Shown: piece after piece, positions 28,644-37,904 of the stretch | How positions within the stretch are numbered: position 1 is the first letter of the stretch | How the letters are laid out: each line of letters starts with the position of its first letter | Virus record (IMG/VR): IMGVR_UViG_3300028186_000155 | Source of the DNA: a virus | Taxonomy: Duplodnaviria > Caudoviricetes | Reading direction: 5' to 3' (one strand) | DNA length: 64,000 bases | Notes under the pieces: generated by a model | The model's input: only the letters and a program-made list of their open reading frames with translations | Database searches by the model: none | Told to the model about the DNA's origin: nothing | Position numbers and translations under genes: made by a program

Positions 28644-28653
28644 AGAAACCTCC

Positions 28654-28986
28654 TTAATCCAGATCGTAGGCGCGGCCCGTGTCTGCATCCAACAAACCGT
28701 GGCACAACTCGTCCCATTCGTTTTCAGTGAGGTGTGGTTTGAGTTCGTTGTAAACGTTCTGGATTTTTTCGTTGGTTTCCACACGACGCGGCGCGCCTTT
28801 GGAATACCCGCCCGTTTCTTTGCTACCGATGATGCCTTTCAGCCAGCAGTTGAAAACCCAGCGCAGGTTGGTCAATGCATGTTCGCGCTCTTCGCCCTGC
28901 TTGACGGGAATTCCGATTTCGAAAAAATCAGGAATCTGCACACGGATCATGGTGCCGTTAACGTCGGTATAAATCGAAGTGGACAT
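28654..28986 (-). CDS. hypothetical protein, paralog of 27472..27801
   Basis: shared motif; GAGG SD. Confidence 0.75.
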   Translation of the reverse strand: MSTSIYTDVNGTMIRVQIPDFFEIGIPVKQGEEREHALTNLRWVFNCWLKGIIGSKETGGYSKGAPRRVETNEKIQNVYNELKPHLTENEWDELCHGLLDADTGRAYDLD

Positions 28987-29017
28987 AACGAAGGCCTCGA
29001 AATAAAAGGTGATGGTC

Positions 29018-29057
29018 TAAAGAAAATAAAGGTGCACGTTTTTAGACAGAACGTGCA
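29018..29057 (-). terminator. putative intrinsic terminator
   Basis: TGCACGTT/AACGTGCA stem followed by CCTTTATTTTCTTT. Confidence 0.55.
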
Positions 29058-29070
29058 AACTGTTTATGGA

Positions 29071-29478
29071 TTACAGCGCGTCGCGCATTGCTTTCAGTTC
29101 AGCTGGCGACAGCTTGGCCAGTTCGGCGGTTTCCGCAGTTTCGATCAGGCGATCCAGCTGCTCGCGTTTCGCAGCCTTGTTGTTCTCTGCGACCTTCGCT
29201 TCGTTCTCGGCCTGCTTGGTGTCGATGATGTGTTTCACGATATCGAATTTGAGTTGCAGCACTTCGTCTTTCTTCGCGGATTTCACGAAGCTGGTGGTGC
29301 CCTGTGCTTCGATTTTCTGGTGCAGTTCGACCGCGATTTGATCGAGGTTAACACGATCCGATTTCGGGGTCAGTGGCAGGCCCCACAGGTCTTCCACCGA
29401 GATATTGCCACGGGTGGTTTCGAAACGCAGTTTCAGGCGGGAAGCTTGTTCGAAAATGTTGGTGGTTACTTGAGTCAT
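29071..29478 (-). CDS. conserved phage protein (partner of upstream YfaP-like gene)
   Basis: IFEQASRLKLRF...GNISVEDLWGLPL...LKFDIVKHII, a family I recall next to the upstream gene in other phages. Confidence 0.75.
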   Translation of the reverse strand: MTQVTTNIFEQASRLKLRFETTRGNISVEDLWGLPLTPKSDRVNLDQIAVELHQKIEAQGTTSFVKSAKKDEVLQLKFDIVKHIIDTKQAENEAKVAENNKAAKREQLDRLIETAETAELAKLSPAELKAMRDAL

Positions 29479-29510
29479 GGTATTTTCCTTTTTTCAGTTT
29501 GGTTTGTTGA

Positions 29511-31574
29511 TTAGAACTTGATGGTGAATGCGCGGTTGATGGTGCCTTTCACGCGCACTTGAATGTCGTTACGCTCGCTCATGGAGAAGCCGATGCCCGA
29601 CAGCTGTTCATCTGCATAAGGTGCGCGCATTTGCGAACCCAGCAGTTCCATTACCTTGCGGTGTTTGCTCAGATCGGCAGTCAGGTATTCGTTGTAGAAA
29701 CCGCGTGCAGAATCCGGGTTTTTGCAGCCCTTCAGAACGAAGATCAGGTGTTCGTGGCCAACCTCTTTTTCGTTCCAGAAGTTTGGCGAACGGGTGATCA
29801 GATCGACCGGGGTCCAGCCTTCGGTTTGGATGCCCCACTCTTCACGCGGGACGCCAGCGCCAGCGGTGAAACCTTCGACCGTGATTTCGCCCTTTTTATC
29901 GACAATCAGTTGGCCCACAACAACGCGACCGCGCAGATCCTTCGGATGTTCGAAGGTGTAAATCTGGCCCAAGATTTCCACCTGCACTTCGAAACCAATG
30001 TCGTGAGTTTTGCGCTTGGTGAATTGGTTCACTTCGATGGAGTAGGTGCCCGGTTCAATGTCACGCTTTTTGGTCCAGAAAATGTTTTCTACAGGATTTT
30101 TATCATCCTTTGGACCCCATGCGTTCATGTCCACATCGAGTTCACCGCCCAACGCTTGCTTGTCGCTGTACGAGATTTCTTGACCGTAACCACCACGGCC
30201 TTTACGCACGCTCAGGTCGAGGTCGTCGGCGTTGTGCCACGACAGCGAAATACGCACTTCACCTTCGACGTTGCCACCTGCCTTTTTCACGCGCTCTTTG
30301 ATGCCGTTGGTTACGTCGCCGTTGTAGCTCCAGCAGAAACCGTTTTCCCACTTGAACAGCGGCGGGGCATCGGCATGCACCTGTGCAGTCAGGGAAACCA
30401 GACGTGGTACGTGGCGGTTCTGCATGAACACTTCGAGCGAATCGATTTTCGGCAGAACTTTTTGCACGAAATCTTTTGCCGACATTTCGGTCAGGCCGTC
30501 CAGTTTCGCACCGGCTTTGGCAGTCGGTTTGATTTGGTCCAGCGCGCCGCCCAGCAGTTTCGGTTGTACAGAACCGTCAACGAACAGAACGTCGTTTACC
30601 GTGATATCTTCACGCACCGCATAACGGCGTGCCAGCGAATCTTCGATACCCAGTTTCGCGATGGTCTTTTTCGCATCGTCCAGCATGCGCTGTGTTACCA
30701 GTGCTTTCGGACGTTGGAAGTTTTCGCCAGAGGTTTTGTCTTCGTATTTCTTGACCGCAACTTCGAGGTCTTCGCCTTCGGTCAGATCCAGCAGCAGGGT
30801 GCCGAATACGCTGGAATGCACACGCGAACCCGGACCGGCGTTTTGCCACAGCCACAGTTCTTTTGCACGCTTGGTTTTCAGCGCGTTGTATTCACGCTTG
30901 GCGCGCATCAGCATCGCCAGTTTGTGCTTGTACTCTTCGCCCTTGTGCAGGTTGTCGGTATCGATCAGTTCGGCAACGATTTCGCAGGCTTCGTCGGAGA
31001 TTTCCAGAATGGAACGCTCCAGACCTTTCACGTCGTTGGTACGCTCACCAACGTAATCGCTTGGGTTGTTGCGCCACTGGTAAACGGCTGGCACTTCACC
31101 TACGAAGTGATGCCACGTTTCGCCGGTTTCGCCGTTGGTGGTACGGGCCGCGCCATACTTCGGTTCGCTCACAACGAACGGGCGGGCAATTTCCAGCTTT
31201 TTCACCAGCTTCGACATTTCGTCTGCAACGTGCTGGTAGATCGGATCATCGATCTTCACATCCCACACGGTGCTAACTTTGTTGCCATCGACGTAGACCA
31301 CGGCGCCCAAGTTGCGCACGAAGTTGCGGCAGGTGCTGCAATCGTGTTCGGTCTTTTCGCGGAAAATCGGGTTGGTGCCTTCAGGGAACGCAGCGAGGTA
31401 CGCGGCCCACAGTTTGTCGCCAGTGGACAGGCCTTCGAGAACTTCGCCGTCTTCGTCTACCGCATTAGGGAATTTGACGACGAAAACGTGCTTCTTTTGG
31501 CCAGCGTCTTTGCTCAGCATCGAAGCGAAAACGTGAGTGACTGCATGGCCGAAAGTTTTGAAATTGCTGCTCAT
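29511..31574 (-). CDS. large conserved phage protein with YfaP/DUF2135-like domain
   Basis: HDCSTCRNF, WHHF, SWHNADDLDL...LDVDMN...PVENIFW motifs; start moved to MSSNFK (AAGGA SD). Confidence 0.75.
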   Translation of the reverse strand: MSSNFKTFGHAVTHVFASMLSKDAGQKKHVFVVKFPNAVDEDGEVLEGLSTGDKLWAAYLAAFPEGTNPIFREKTEHDCSTCRNFVRNLGAVVYVDGNKVSTVWDVKIDDPIYQHVADEMSKLVKKLEIARPFVVSEPKYGAARTTNGETGETWHHFVGEVPAVYQWRNNPSDYVGERTNDVKGLERSILEISDEACEIVAELIDTDNLHKGEEYKHKLAMLMRAKREYNALKTKRAKELWLWQNAGPGSRVHSSVFGTLLLDLTEGEDLEVAVKKYEDKTSGENFQRPKALVTQRMLDDAKKTIAKLGIEDSLARRYAVREDITVNDVLFVDGSVQPKLLGGALDQIKPTAKAGAKLDGLTEMSAKDFVQKVLPKIDSLEVFMQNRHVPRLVSLTAQVHADAPPLFKWENGFCWSYNGDVTNGIKERVKKAGGNVEGEVRISLSWHNADDLDLSVRKGRGGYGQEISYSDKQALGGELDVDMNAWGPKDDKNPVENIFWTKKRDIEPGTYSIEVNQFTKRKTHDIGFEVQVEILGQIYTFEHPKDLRGRVVVGQLIVDKKGEITVEGFTAGAGVPREEWGIQTEGWTPVDLITRSPNFWNEKEVGHEHLIFVLKGCKNPDSARGFYNEYLTADLSKHRKVMELLGSQMRAPYADEQLSGIGFSMSERNDIQVRVKGTINRAFTIKF

Positions 31575-31617
31575 TTGAACTTCCTTTTTAGTGCGGGTCT
31601 TCCGCGTTAGAAACAGA

Positions 31618-31992
31618 TTAGCGACGGCGGCGAATGAATTCGAGTTCAGAGCGGAAAGCGTCTTCCCACAAATCCGCGTTACGTGGATCGCGTTCGTCAA
31701 GGTACGGGTTATTCAGCATCGCATCTTCGATGCCTTCCTGCGCCATCATTTTCCCCAATTGCGCCGGGGTGTATTCGTGCAATTCGTGCTCACGAATATA
31801 CAGGATGGTTACGTTGCTCGGGCCGCGCTTCACCTGCGCATGATCACAGATCGGGTCAATGATGTTGCTCAGTTCCGGCCCGTGTGCCCATACGGTGAAA
31901 GTGCTTTCCAGAACTTGGGTCATTACACCGTTGACTGGGGTGCTCACTTTTGCCGTTACATCAAAGCGGCGTTTGGCCTTGGTGAATTTCAC
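31618..31992 (-). CDS. hypothetical protein
   Basis: GGAGG SD, GTG start. Confidence 0.7.
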   Translation of the reverse strand: MKFTKAKRRFDVTAKVSTPVNGVMTQVLESTFTVWAHGPELSNIIDPICDHAQVKRGPSNVTILYIREHELHEYTPAQLGKMMAQEGIEDAMLNNPYLDERDPRNADLWEDAFRSELEFIRRRR

Positions 31993-31993
31993 T

Positions 31994-32206
31994 TTAACTG
32001 CCTCCGTTAATTTTCATCATCAGGCGATCCCACAGATCGCGTGGCCGGTCGTGGCTGCTGAATTCAACATAGCGCACTTCGTCCAGCCCGAATTTTGCCA
32101 CGGTGCCAACTTCCACGTCTTCGATTGCGTGGGTCATTGCGGTGGCGATGTTTTGGCCGATTTTTGGTTCAAATCGACCGTCGCGAATTTCGTATGCTCG
32201 TTCCAT
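31994..32206 (-). CDS. hypothetical protein
   Basis: start moved to MERAYE (GAGGA SD). Confidence 0.65.
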   Translation of the reverse strand: MERAYEIRDGRFEPKIGQNIATAMTHAIEDVEVGTVAKFGLDEVRYVEFSSHDRPRDLWDRLMMKINGGS

Positions 32207-32237
32207 CTTTATTTCCTCGGTTTTCCTCAACTTACGG

Positions 32238-32972
32238 TCAAGGGTGTTGCAGATGTAGTTCGTGTTTTTCCATAGGGCAGGCAAGGCCGGGATGGATCGA
32301 TCCCATCATGTTCAGCATTTGCCCAGCGTAAAACGCACGGTAAATTTGTTGGTGCTCGATAGCGTTCAGCAGTTCAAAATCGTGGCCGAGATATTCGTTT
32401 TCTTTGTAGCCAACGCTTTCCATCGCGGTGCGTACCCGGTCGGCGTGGTTCGTGATGCCCACCAAATCGGCGCCGTCGATGTAAATCAGGAATTGTTGGA
32501 ACAGATCAGCAGCCAACGGCCCGTGTGGTTGCACCACGCTTTTCGGATTGGTCGCCCAGTCGTTAGGCAAGCTGCCAACGTCGGTTAACCACTGCGCGCA
32601 TAGGCCCTCGATCTTGTTTACAGTTTCGTCCAGCTGCCTTTGCTTATCGACAGCACGGCGGGCGGATTCGGCTTCGCGTGCTGCGTACTCAGGCGATGCC
32701 ACCCATTCGGCACGGCGTTTATCACTCATTTCCTGATACCGGGCGCACGCCTGTTCGACGGTATCCCCTCCGATCAAGGGCACGGACAAATCGTTGAATT
32801 TGAGGAAGCCGCACGTGTTACCGTGGCCATGCAGTTTGGTTTTATACACCAGCTGCCCCAAAGCCGACGAAATAGCGTTGGAAATGTGCGAACCTGCATG
32901 TGCAGCGAAGTAGTAAACGGATTTGCTGTTTTCTATCGCGTGGCGTTCGATGTATGCGTCTTGGCCCATCAT
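32238..32972 (-). CDS. hypothetical protein
   Basis: 244 aa, ATGA coupling. Confidence 0.75.
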   Translation of the reverse strand: MMGQDAYIERHAIENSKSVYYFAAHAGSHISNAISSALGQLVYKTKLHGHGNTCGFLKFNDLSVPLIGGDTVEQACARYQEMSDKRRAEWVASPEYAAREAESARRAVDKQRQLDETVNKIEGLCAQWLTDVGSLPNDWATNPKSVVQPHGPLAADLFQQFLIYIDGADLVGITNHADRVRTAMESVGYKENEYLGHDFELLNAIEHQQIYRAFYAGQMLNMMGSIHPGLACPMEKHELHLQHP

Positions 32973-33169
32973 CTGATTGGATTCCGTTGAAGGTCTATAC
33001 GAAGCGCTGCGTTTTTGCGGCGCTCTTCGAAGATTTCAAAACCGTGCTTCTCGCGGTGGTCGCCCAGCGGGAACCGAGAACCAGTTCGCTGCATGCGCAC
33101 TTCAGCCGCCTGCAAAATGGCTTTGACCACCGTGTCGTAAAATTCGTAATCTGCTTCGGCGCCGGTCAT
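32969..33169 (-). CDS. hypothetical protein
   Basis: GGAGG SD, TAATG coupling. Confidence 0.65.
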   Translation of the reverse strand: MTGAEADYEFYDTVVKAILQAAEVRMQRTGSRFPLGDHREKHGFEIFEERRKNAALRIDLQRNPIR

Positions 33170-33669
33170 TAATCCTCCACCGGAATTTCCATGATTTCGA
33201 AGTTGCGCAAATGGCCGTCAACCCCACGCTGTTTGTGGTAAACCTTGGCAGCGTAGGCCGTGACTTCATCCGGGCGCAAATACACAGGCAACCACGTGTG
33301 GAATTCTTCGGTTACGTCTTCAGGCCTTTGGTTCAGCCAGTCGCGGAAACTGCCTGCATCGACCCCCGGTTGGCGTTGCGGATATGCCACCAGAAAACCG
33401 CGATATTGCACATGCGGATCAGACGGGCAAAAACCATCAGCCTCACACGAAAGCAGCCACGCATATTCCCAATACTTGCGACGGTCTGCCGAGAACTTTT
33501 TGTGGGCCGGATCGTGCACCGTCATATCCAGCAAATAGCCTTCCGCCTGTTGCGCCAGTTCGATAAGTTCATCGACCGTCATTTCGCCCAGTTCACGGCG
33601 CAGCATTTTGAGGCGCAGCGGTTCCAGCGTGGTGATAAAACCTTTCTCTGCAATTGGCATTATTTCCAC
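33169..33669 (-). CDS. hypothetical protein
   Basis: ORF in operon. Confidence 0.7.
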   Translation of the reverse strand: MEIMPIAEKGFITTLEPLRLKMLRRELGEMTVDELIELAQQAEGYLLDMTVHDPAHKKFSADRRKYWEYAWLLSCEADGFCPSDPHVQYRGFLVAYPQRQPGVDAGSFRDWLNQRPEDVTEEFHTWLPVYLRPDEVTAYAAKVYHKQRGVDGHLRNFEIMEIPVED

Positions 33670-34058
33670 CCGTATACTGCTGGATAAGAACCGCTGGTGA
33701 TGCGGCCCATTTCGTTGGCGTAATACAGAACAACCAGATCAGAACCCCATGAGGCTTCGAGGGCGTGAATCAGATTTACCAACGGCTCTTTCAGATGCTC
33801 ACGCAGCGCCCCGTTAGCATCAAACAGGAAATGGGCTACACGAATATGCTCTTCGGTTCCGCGCTGGCCTTCGGTGCCAATATCTTCCAGCCGGTAATCG
33901 GTGTAATACGGATCGAATTTCGTGGTGAACATGCCTTTGTGATCGAACAGGCTACAGAAATGACGCACCGTGTGACCACGCATTTCCTCAAGGCAGCTAC
34001 GGTCGCGCCGGTAATCGTCAAAATACGCAACAATTTCTTGTGGTGTTGGGACACTCAT
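33660..34058 (-). CDS. hypothetical protein
   Basis: AAGGA SD, ATGA coupling. Confidence 0.7.
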   Translation of the reverse strand: MSVPTPQEIVAYFDDYRRDRSCLEEMRGHTVRHFCSLFDHKGMFTTKFDPYYTDYRLEDIGTEGQRGTEEHIRVAHFLFDANGALREHLKEPLVNLIHALEASWGSDLVVLYYANEMGRITSGSYPAVYGWK

Positions 34059-34441
34059 TTGCGATTCCTTTTCGGCAAGATGCCGATGCTAAACGAAAAC
34101 GTCAGGCAGGTTATATTCCAGCAGCACGCTTTGACCACTGAATGTTCGATAAAACCGATTGCGAAAAGCTGGTTGTTGCGATTGCCTTTCGGGTCCGTGA
34201 TGTAGATCCACGTATGCGAGATTTTGAATCGCAAATAAAGCCTGCCGACCGCACCTTCAAGCGCCGGGTGATCAAGCGTGTGGCTGGCACAGGCAAACAT
34301 CATGTTTAGGCCCATAAACCCCATGAACACAACCCACCACCAGCTTTCCAGATGCTCATTCACAATCGAATAGGCGACAACGTGAATCAGCGTGATTGTC
34401 AGCCCGATTAAGATCAGCAAATTTCGAAACGTGCGATCCAT
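34055..34441 (-). CDS. membrane protein
   Basis: two N-terminal TMs; AAGGA SD. Confidence 0.7.
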   Translation of the reverse strand: MDRTFRNLLILIGLTITLIHVVAYSIVNEHLESWWWVVFMGFMGLNMMFACASHTLDHPALEGAVGRLYLRFKISHTWIYITDPKGNRNNQLFAIGFIEHSVVKACCWNITCLTFSFSIGILPKRNRK

Positions 34442-34442
34442 T

Positions 34443-35324
34443 TTAGTCCTTGAGCGAAACCAGCTGAATTGCCAACGGATAACGATGGCCGTTAGTCACG
34501 TCAACAATGTGGCCATGCTTGATGTTTTCCAGCGCTTCGTCGTTGGCCAACAAAACGTCGCCGCAACTAATGGCTAGTGCGTGCATGTCGATGTTATTGC
34601 AATCGAGTACGCGCCGATCATCAGGCAGCAACAGCATAGCGGTAGTGAGCGCCGATTGTTCGTTCTCGCCAGTTACCGCGTTGAGCATCAGCGCATGCGT
34701 AAAGCCCCTGCGCCAGCTTACACGACGCCCCGACAGCGCAACCGGCAGGAAGCTACGGCCTGTCATCAGTCGGATGCGTGGGCCGGGCCGCTGTTCGTCT
34801 ACGGGCCGTTTGCCTTTGCGTGGTTTGGTGCCGACTGGGCGCATATCCACGCTGTTGACGTGAAACGACAGGGTGTAACCGAGGGCCAACATGCGGTCAA
34901 TAACCATCTGGTTAAACGCCATGTGATCGGCTGGCCACACAGTTGCAATGTTGCGGAATTGTGCGGGCCAAATCTTCAGGTAAGGCTCGCCCTTTTCGGC
35001 GTAGATTTGAACAAGGCGCGTTGCCAGATTTTCTACCAGCTTCGGCCATTGGTCTTCGGGAACATTCGTCACCGGAATTTTCGAGACGTAGACAGCAGCG
35101 GCCCCGATGTGGATTTTGTAGCCACGCTCGGTCAGGAATTCGCGCAAGGCCTGCTTGCCGGTATTCTTTACAATGTCGATCCCGAAATCGGTTGCCATTG
35201 CGTTCAGCTGCTGGCGCATGATGCGCAGCTTGGGATTTTCTGCTGCAACAAATTTGGCAATGACCGTCTCAGCGAAGTTGGTGAATTTCTCGCTGAATTC
35301 TACACGTGGCTTGTTAGTACGCAT
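34443..35324 (-). CDS. hypothetical protein
   Basis: start moved to MRTNKP. Confidence 0.75.
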   Translation of the reverse strand: MRTNKPRVEFSEKFTNFAETVIAKFVAAENPKLRIMRQQLNAMATDFGIDIVKNTGKQALREFLTERGYKIHIGAAAVYVSKIPVTNVPEDQWPKLVENLATRLVQIYAEKGEPYLKIWPAQFRNIATVWPADHMAFNQMVIDRMLALGYTLSFHVNSVDMRPVGTKPRKGKRPVDEQRPGPRIRLMTGRSFLPVALSGRRVSWRRGFTHALMLNAVTGENEQSALTTAMLLLPDDRRVLDCNNIDMHALAISCGDVLLANDEALENIKHGHIVDVTNGHRYPLAIQLVSLKD

Positions 35325-35604
35325 CTTGCGTTTCCTTTCCTCGGTTTTTCTCGTAGATTTTAGTGTGCAGCCAACTTGCTGCAACTATGGCGATGGCGGC
35401 GCTGGTTCCAGAAATGAACGAATACCACCAATCCCCTTTAATGAAAATCATTGCGTAGTTGCCGACCGCCAGCACCTCAAACACGTTCATCATGTACGAC
35501 GTGGCGGCCATGCTAATCCAGTTGTTGTGCAGCACGTTTTTGTACTGGAACCCTTTCAGGAAAACTGAAATGAACGTGATGCAGAAAGCGGTGACATAAA
35601 TCAA
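35314..35604 (-). CDS. small membrane protein (3 TM)
   Basis: FISVFLKGFQYKNV...; probable TTG start overlapping upstream stop. Confidence 0.6.
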   Translation of the reverse strand: MIYVTAFCITFISVFLKGFQYKNVLHNNWISMAATSYMMNVFEVLAVGNYAMIFIKGDWWYSFISGTSAAIAIVAASWLHTKIYEKNRGKETQDAY

Positions 35605-35921
35605 GATTTCCGTTTCCTTTTCTTGGGCAATGGCAGCCCGTGCGCCCGGCAAATAATCTGCATCAGCGAGTCACCGGGTTTCACCAAACCAGCTTCTGCA
35701 AACTGGTCGTAATTGTCGAGCAAACGATGCTTGAAAACGTTAATGGCCTTGCTGCGCGCATTTTCGCGATCCTGCTTCAAGTTCCACAGGTCGTCTTCGG
35801 TTTCCTGTTCGACGCGCTGCGCCCAGCTTTTACGCTTTGGCTTGGTCGGTGCGTAATGCGTGCAACCCATGCCAAGGCTGTTTGCAACGCGCATCATCAT
35901 GCCACCAAATGCGCCGCCCAT
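35601..35921 (-). CDS. hypothetical protein
   Basis: TAATG coupling. Confidence 0.7.
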   Translation of the reverse strand: MGGAFGGMMMRVANSLGMGCTHYAPTKPKRKSWAQRVEQETEDDLWNLKQDRENARSKAINVFKHRLLDNYDQFAEAGLVKPGDSLMQIICRAHGLPLPKKRKRKS

Positions 35922-36346
35922 TACAGCATGCCTTCGGGCAGTTTGATCGGGTAGGTTGCGCAGTGGTCATACGGCGCAGGAAACTCGATAGCCGGGTGCC
36001 AGTAGCCTCTGCCGTCAATGCCCGGCTGGCGGTTCGCGTTGAGCCATTCCAGCGCCCTTGTTTCCATGTGGTGCACGTTGGTGCTGATGATGCCCACGTT
36101 AACCGACTCATGGCCCCCTTCGGTCAGAACACAAACCGAGAAAATACCGACACAAACCAGCCCGCCGTATTGGCACATTTGCCAACTCAAATCGGGGTCA
36201 GCAAACAGCACAGGTTCCGGGCAATAGTTCTGGCGGAATTCGTGCAGAAAATCTTCCAGCTTTTCACCATCCGGGCCAAAGCCCTTTTTGATCGGCAGCC
36301 GGTGGATATCGTAAGTCAGGCTAAACGAATCAATTACAGTCGGCAT
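35921..36346 (-). CDS. hypothetical protein
   Basis: GAGGA SD. Confidence 0.7.
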   Translation of the reverse strand: MPTVIDSFSLTYDIHRLPIKKGFGPDGEKLEDFLHEFRQNYCPEPVLFADPDLSWQMCQYGGLVCVGIFSVCVLTEGGHESVNVGIISTNVHHMETRALEWLNANRQPGIDGRGYWHPAIEFPAPYDHCATYPIKLPEGML

Positions 36347-36748
36347 TTATTCATCCTCGCCAGTGCCGGGGATATCGCCGCATTCCTCTTCGGCGCAATC
36401 CTCACATTCGATTTGATCGACGCGCACACCGTGTTTACAGGTTTGTTCCTCGGCACAGTCGTCGCAGTCGCGAGGATCACGCAGGTGGCCGCACAGTTCC
36501 GATTCAGGGCCGACAGGGTGCCAGTGGTTGAAATCGCGCTGGGCTTCAGCCTGTTCGATCAGGCGGTCAGCGCGGGCGCCACATTCGTGACATTCCGATT
36601 CGTAGACGCCGTGCTCGCAATGGCTATCGTCATCGCATTCGGCGCGCATTTTCTGCTCTTCGATTTCGTCGCAGGTTTCGCAGTAATCGTCATCGTTTTT
36701 GAGGACGACGCCATGTTTGCAGGTGTAGGTATTTTGGTCAGCAGACAT
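36347..36748 (-). CDS. acidic protein with four CxH-x(6-8)-CxxC repeats (putative Zn binding)
   Basis: CKHG..CETC, CEHG..CHEC, CGHL..CDDC, CKHG..CEDC. Confidence 0.75.
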   Translation of the reverse strand: MSADQNTYTCKHGVVLKNDDDYCETCDEIEEQKMRAECDDDSHCEHGVYESECHECGARADRLIEQAEAQRDFNHWHPVGPESELCGHLRDPRDCDDCAEEQTCKHGVRVDQIECEDCAEEECGDIPGTGEDE

Positions 36749-36762
36749 TGTAGATTCTCACA

Positions 36763-36813
36763 CCGGTTTCATTTCCAATGGGCACCGCCTGATGCCCATT
36801 AAAAACTAGCTGG
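36763..36813 (-). repeat. structured intergenic RNA element, copy 1
   Basis: ccagCTA gtttttaatgggcatc AGGC ggtgcccattggaaat GAAA ccgg. Confidence 0.7.
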
Positions 36814-37009
36814 GGAGAATGTCTGTGTTTTCTTTTCGGAAGGCCTTCACATGCTGCTTGAAGGTTTTATTGACACGCCGTTCCAGTTCAGCGATTTCGT
36901 TGAACTCTTCGGCACCGTTGGCAAGATCGAAACTGCTACTGACCACATCGCGGGCGCCTTGCACCGCTTGGCCATTAAAGCTCGACAGATGATTGCGGAG
37001 ATTGTTCAT
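36806..37009 (-). CDS. hypothetical protein
   Basis: GAGGA SD. Confidence 0.65.
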   Translation of the reverse strand: MNNLRNHLSSFNGQAVQGARDVVSSSFDLANGAEEFNEIAELERRVNKTFKQHVKAFRKENTDILPS

Positions 37010-37037
37010 AATTTCCTCGGTTTTTCCTCAGTGTTTC

Positions 37038-37481
37038 TCATTTGGTGTAGGTGCCGGTTCCGTATCGGCTTTCCCACCGGGTTTTCTTGCGGTTTTCCTC
37101 GGCCTCGGCAAAACGTGTTTCTGCCTCAGCAATGCGCTTGCGTTCCAGCGCCGTGTAACAACCCCGTTCCATCCGATTGCAGTAGCGCTGTGCCTGCCTC
37201 GCGGTGCGGAACATCCGGTGAAAGCTGATGGTCAGCATATCGTCGCTGATTAGGCTTTCAATCCACACCACGCGTTCACGCAGATTGTTTATGCCGCCCT
37301 CGGCACACTCAAAGCCCCATTGCGGTTTGTTGAAATACGGCGAATAGAACGGCTTAGGTCGGTTCAGGATGTTTACAGTATCGCACCACGCCACGTTTTT
37401 GCTCGGGTCCGAGTGTGGGAACACGAATGCATGGTAGACCGTTTTGCCCTGCCGGAAATCCTTTAAGCGAAGCTTGGCCAT
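37038..37481 (-). CDS. hypothetical protein, paralog of 38559..39050
   Basis: DFRQGKTVY...F.T...A.RY..RM..GC.T..E. Confidence 0.75.
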   Translation of the reverse strand: MAKLRLKDFRQGKTVYHAFVFPHSDPSKNVAWCDTVNILNRPKPFYSPYFNKPQWGFECAEGGINNLRERVVWIESLISDDMLTISFHRMFRTARQAQRYCNRMERGCYTALERKRIAEAETRFAEAEENRKKTRWESRYGTGTYTK

Positions 37482-37484
37482 TGT

Positions 37485-37904
37485 TCAATATCCGTATTGT
37501 TGCATGCGTTTGCGCATGATTTGTTCGAAGGTGCGTTGCTCGAAATGGGTCAGCTGGTGATTGTCCATTCGCGCCTTGTAGATTTCCGCATCTTCCCGAT
37601 TGGTAAAAGTGCGGCACAGGTTGTAGGTGTTCGGGATGATACCGGCGTCACGCAATGACATGTCGGTCACGACTTTGTTTCGCTTGCCGTCCCGGCGCAC
37701 GCCTACATGGTGCGCATACCAACGGTCGTTATTGAACAGCTTGGGCAGGCTGCGCACTTCGACCGTGGAAATTCGCGTGGGTTGTAGGCGGTCAAACGAC
37801 ACGCCCACGATGAACAGAATGGCGCCCGGCACAACATCCACCATGGTGGCCCTTGGGCCTTCCATATGGCGCGGCTGCTGGTAGAAACCGACGATATTAT
37901 TCAT
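37485..37904 (-). CDS. hypothetical protein, distant member of the same family
   Basis: RTFTNREDAEIYKARMDNHQLTHFE. Confidence 0.7.
   Translation of the reverse strand: MNNIVGFYQQPRHMEGPRATMVDVVPGAILFIVGVSFDRLQPTRISTVEVRSLPKLFNNDRWYAHHVGVRRDGKRNKVVTDMSLRDAGIIPNTYNLCRTFTNREDAEIYKARMDNHQLTHFEQRTFEQIMRKRMQQYGY

Noticed and set aside
29559-31610. 683-aa plus-strand ORF
   Set aside because: Mirror of the 687-aa minus-strand gene, caused by codon bias
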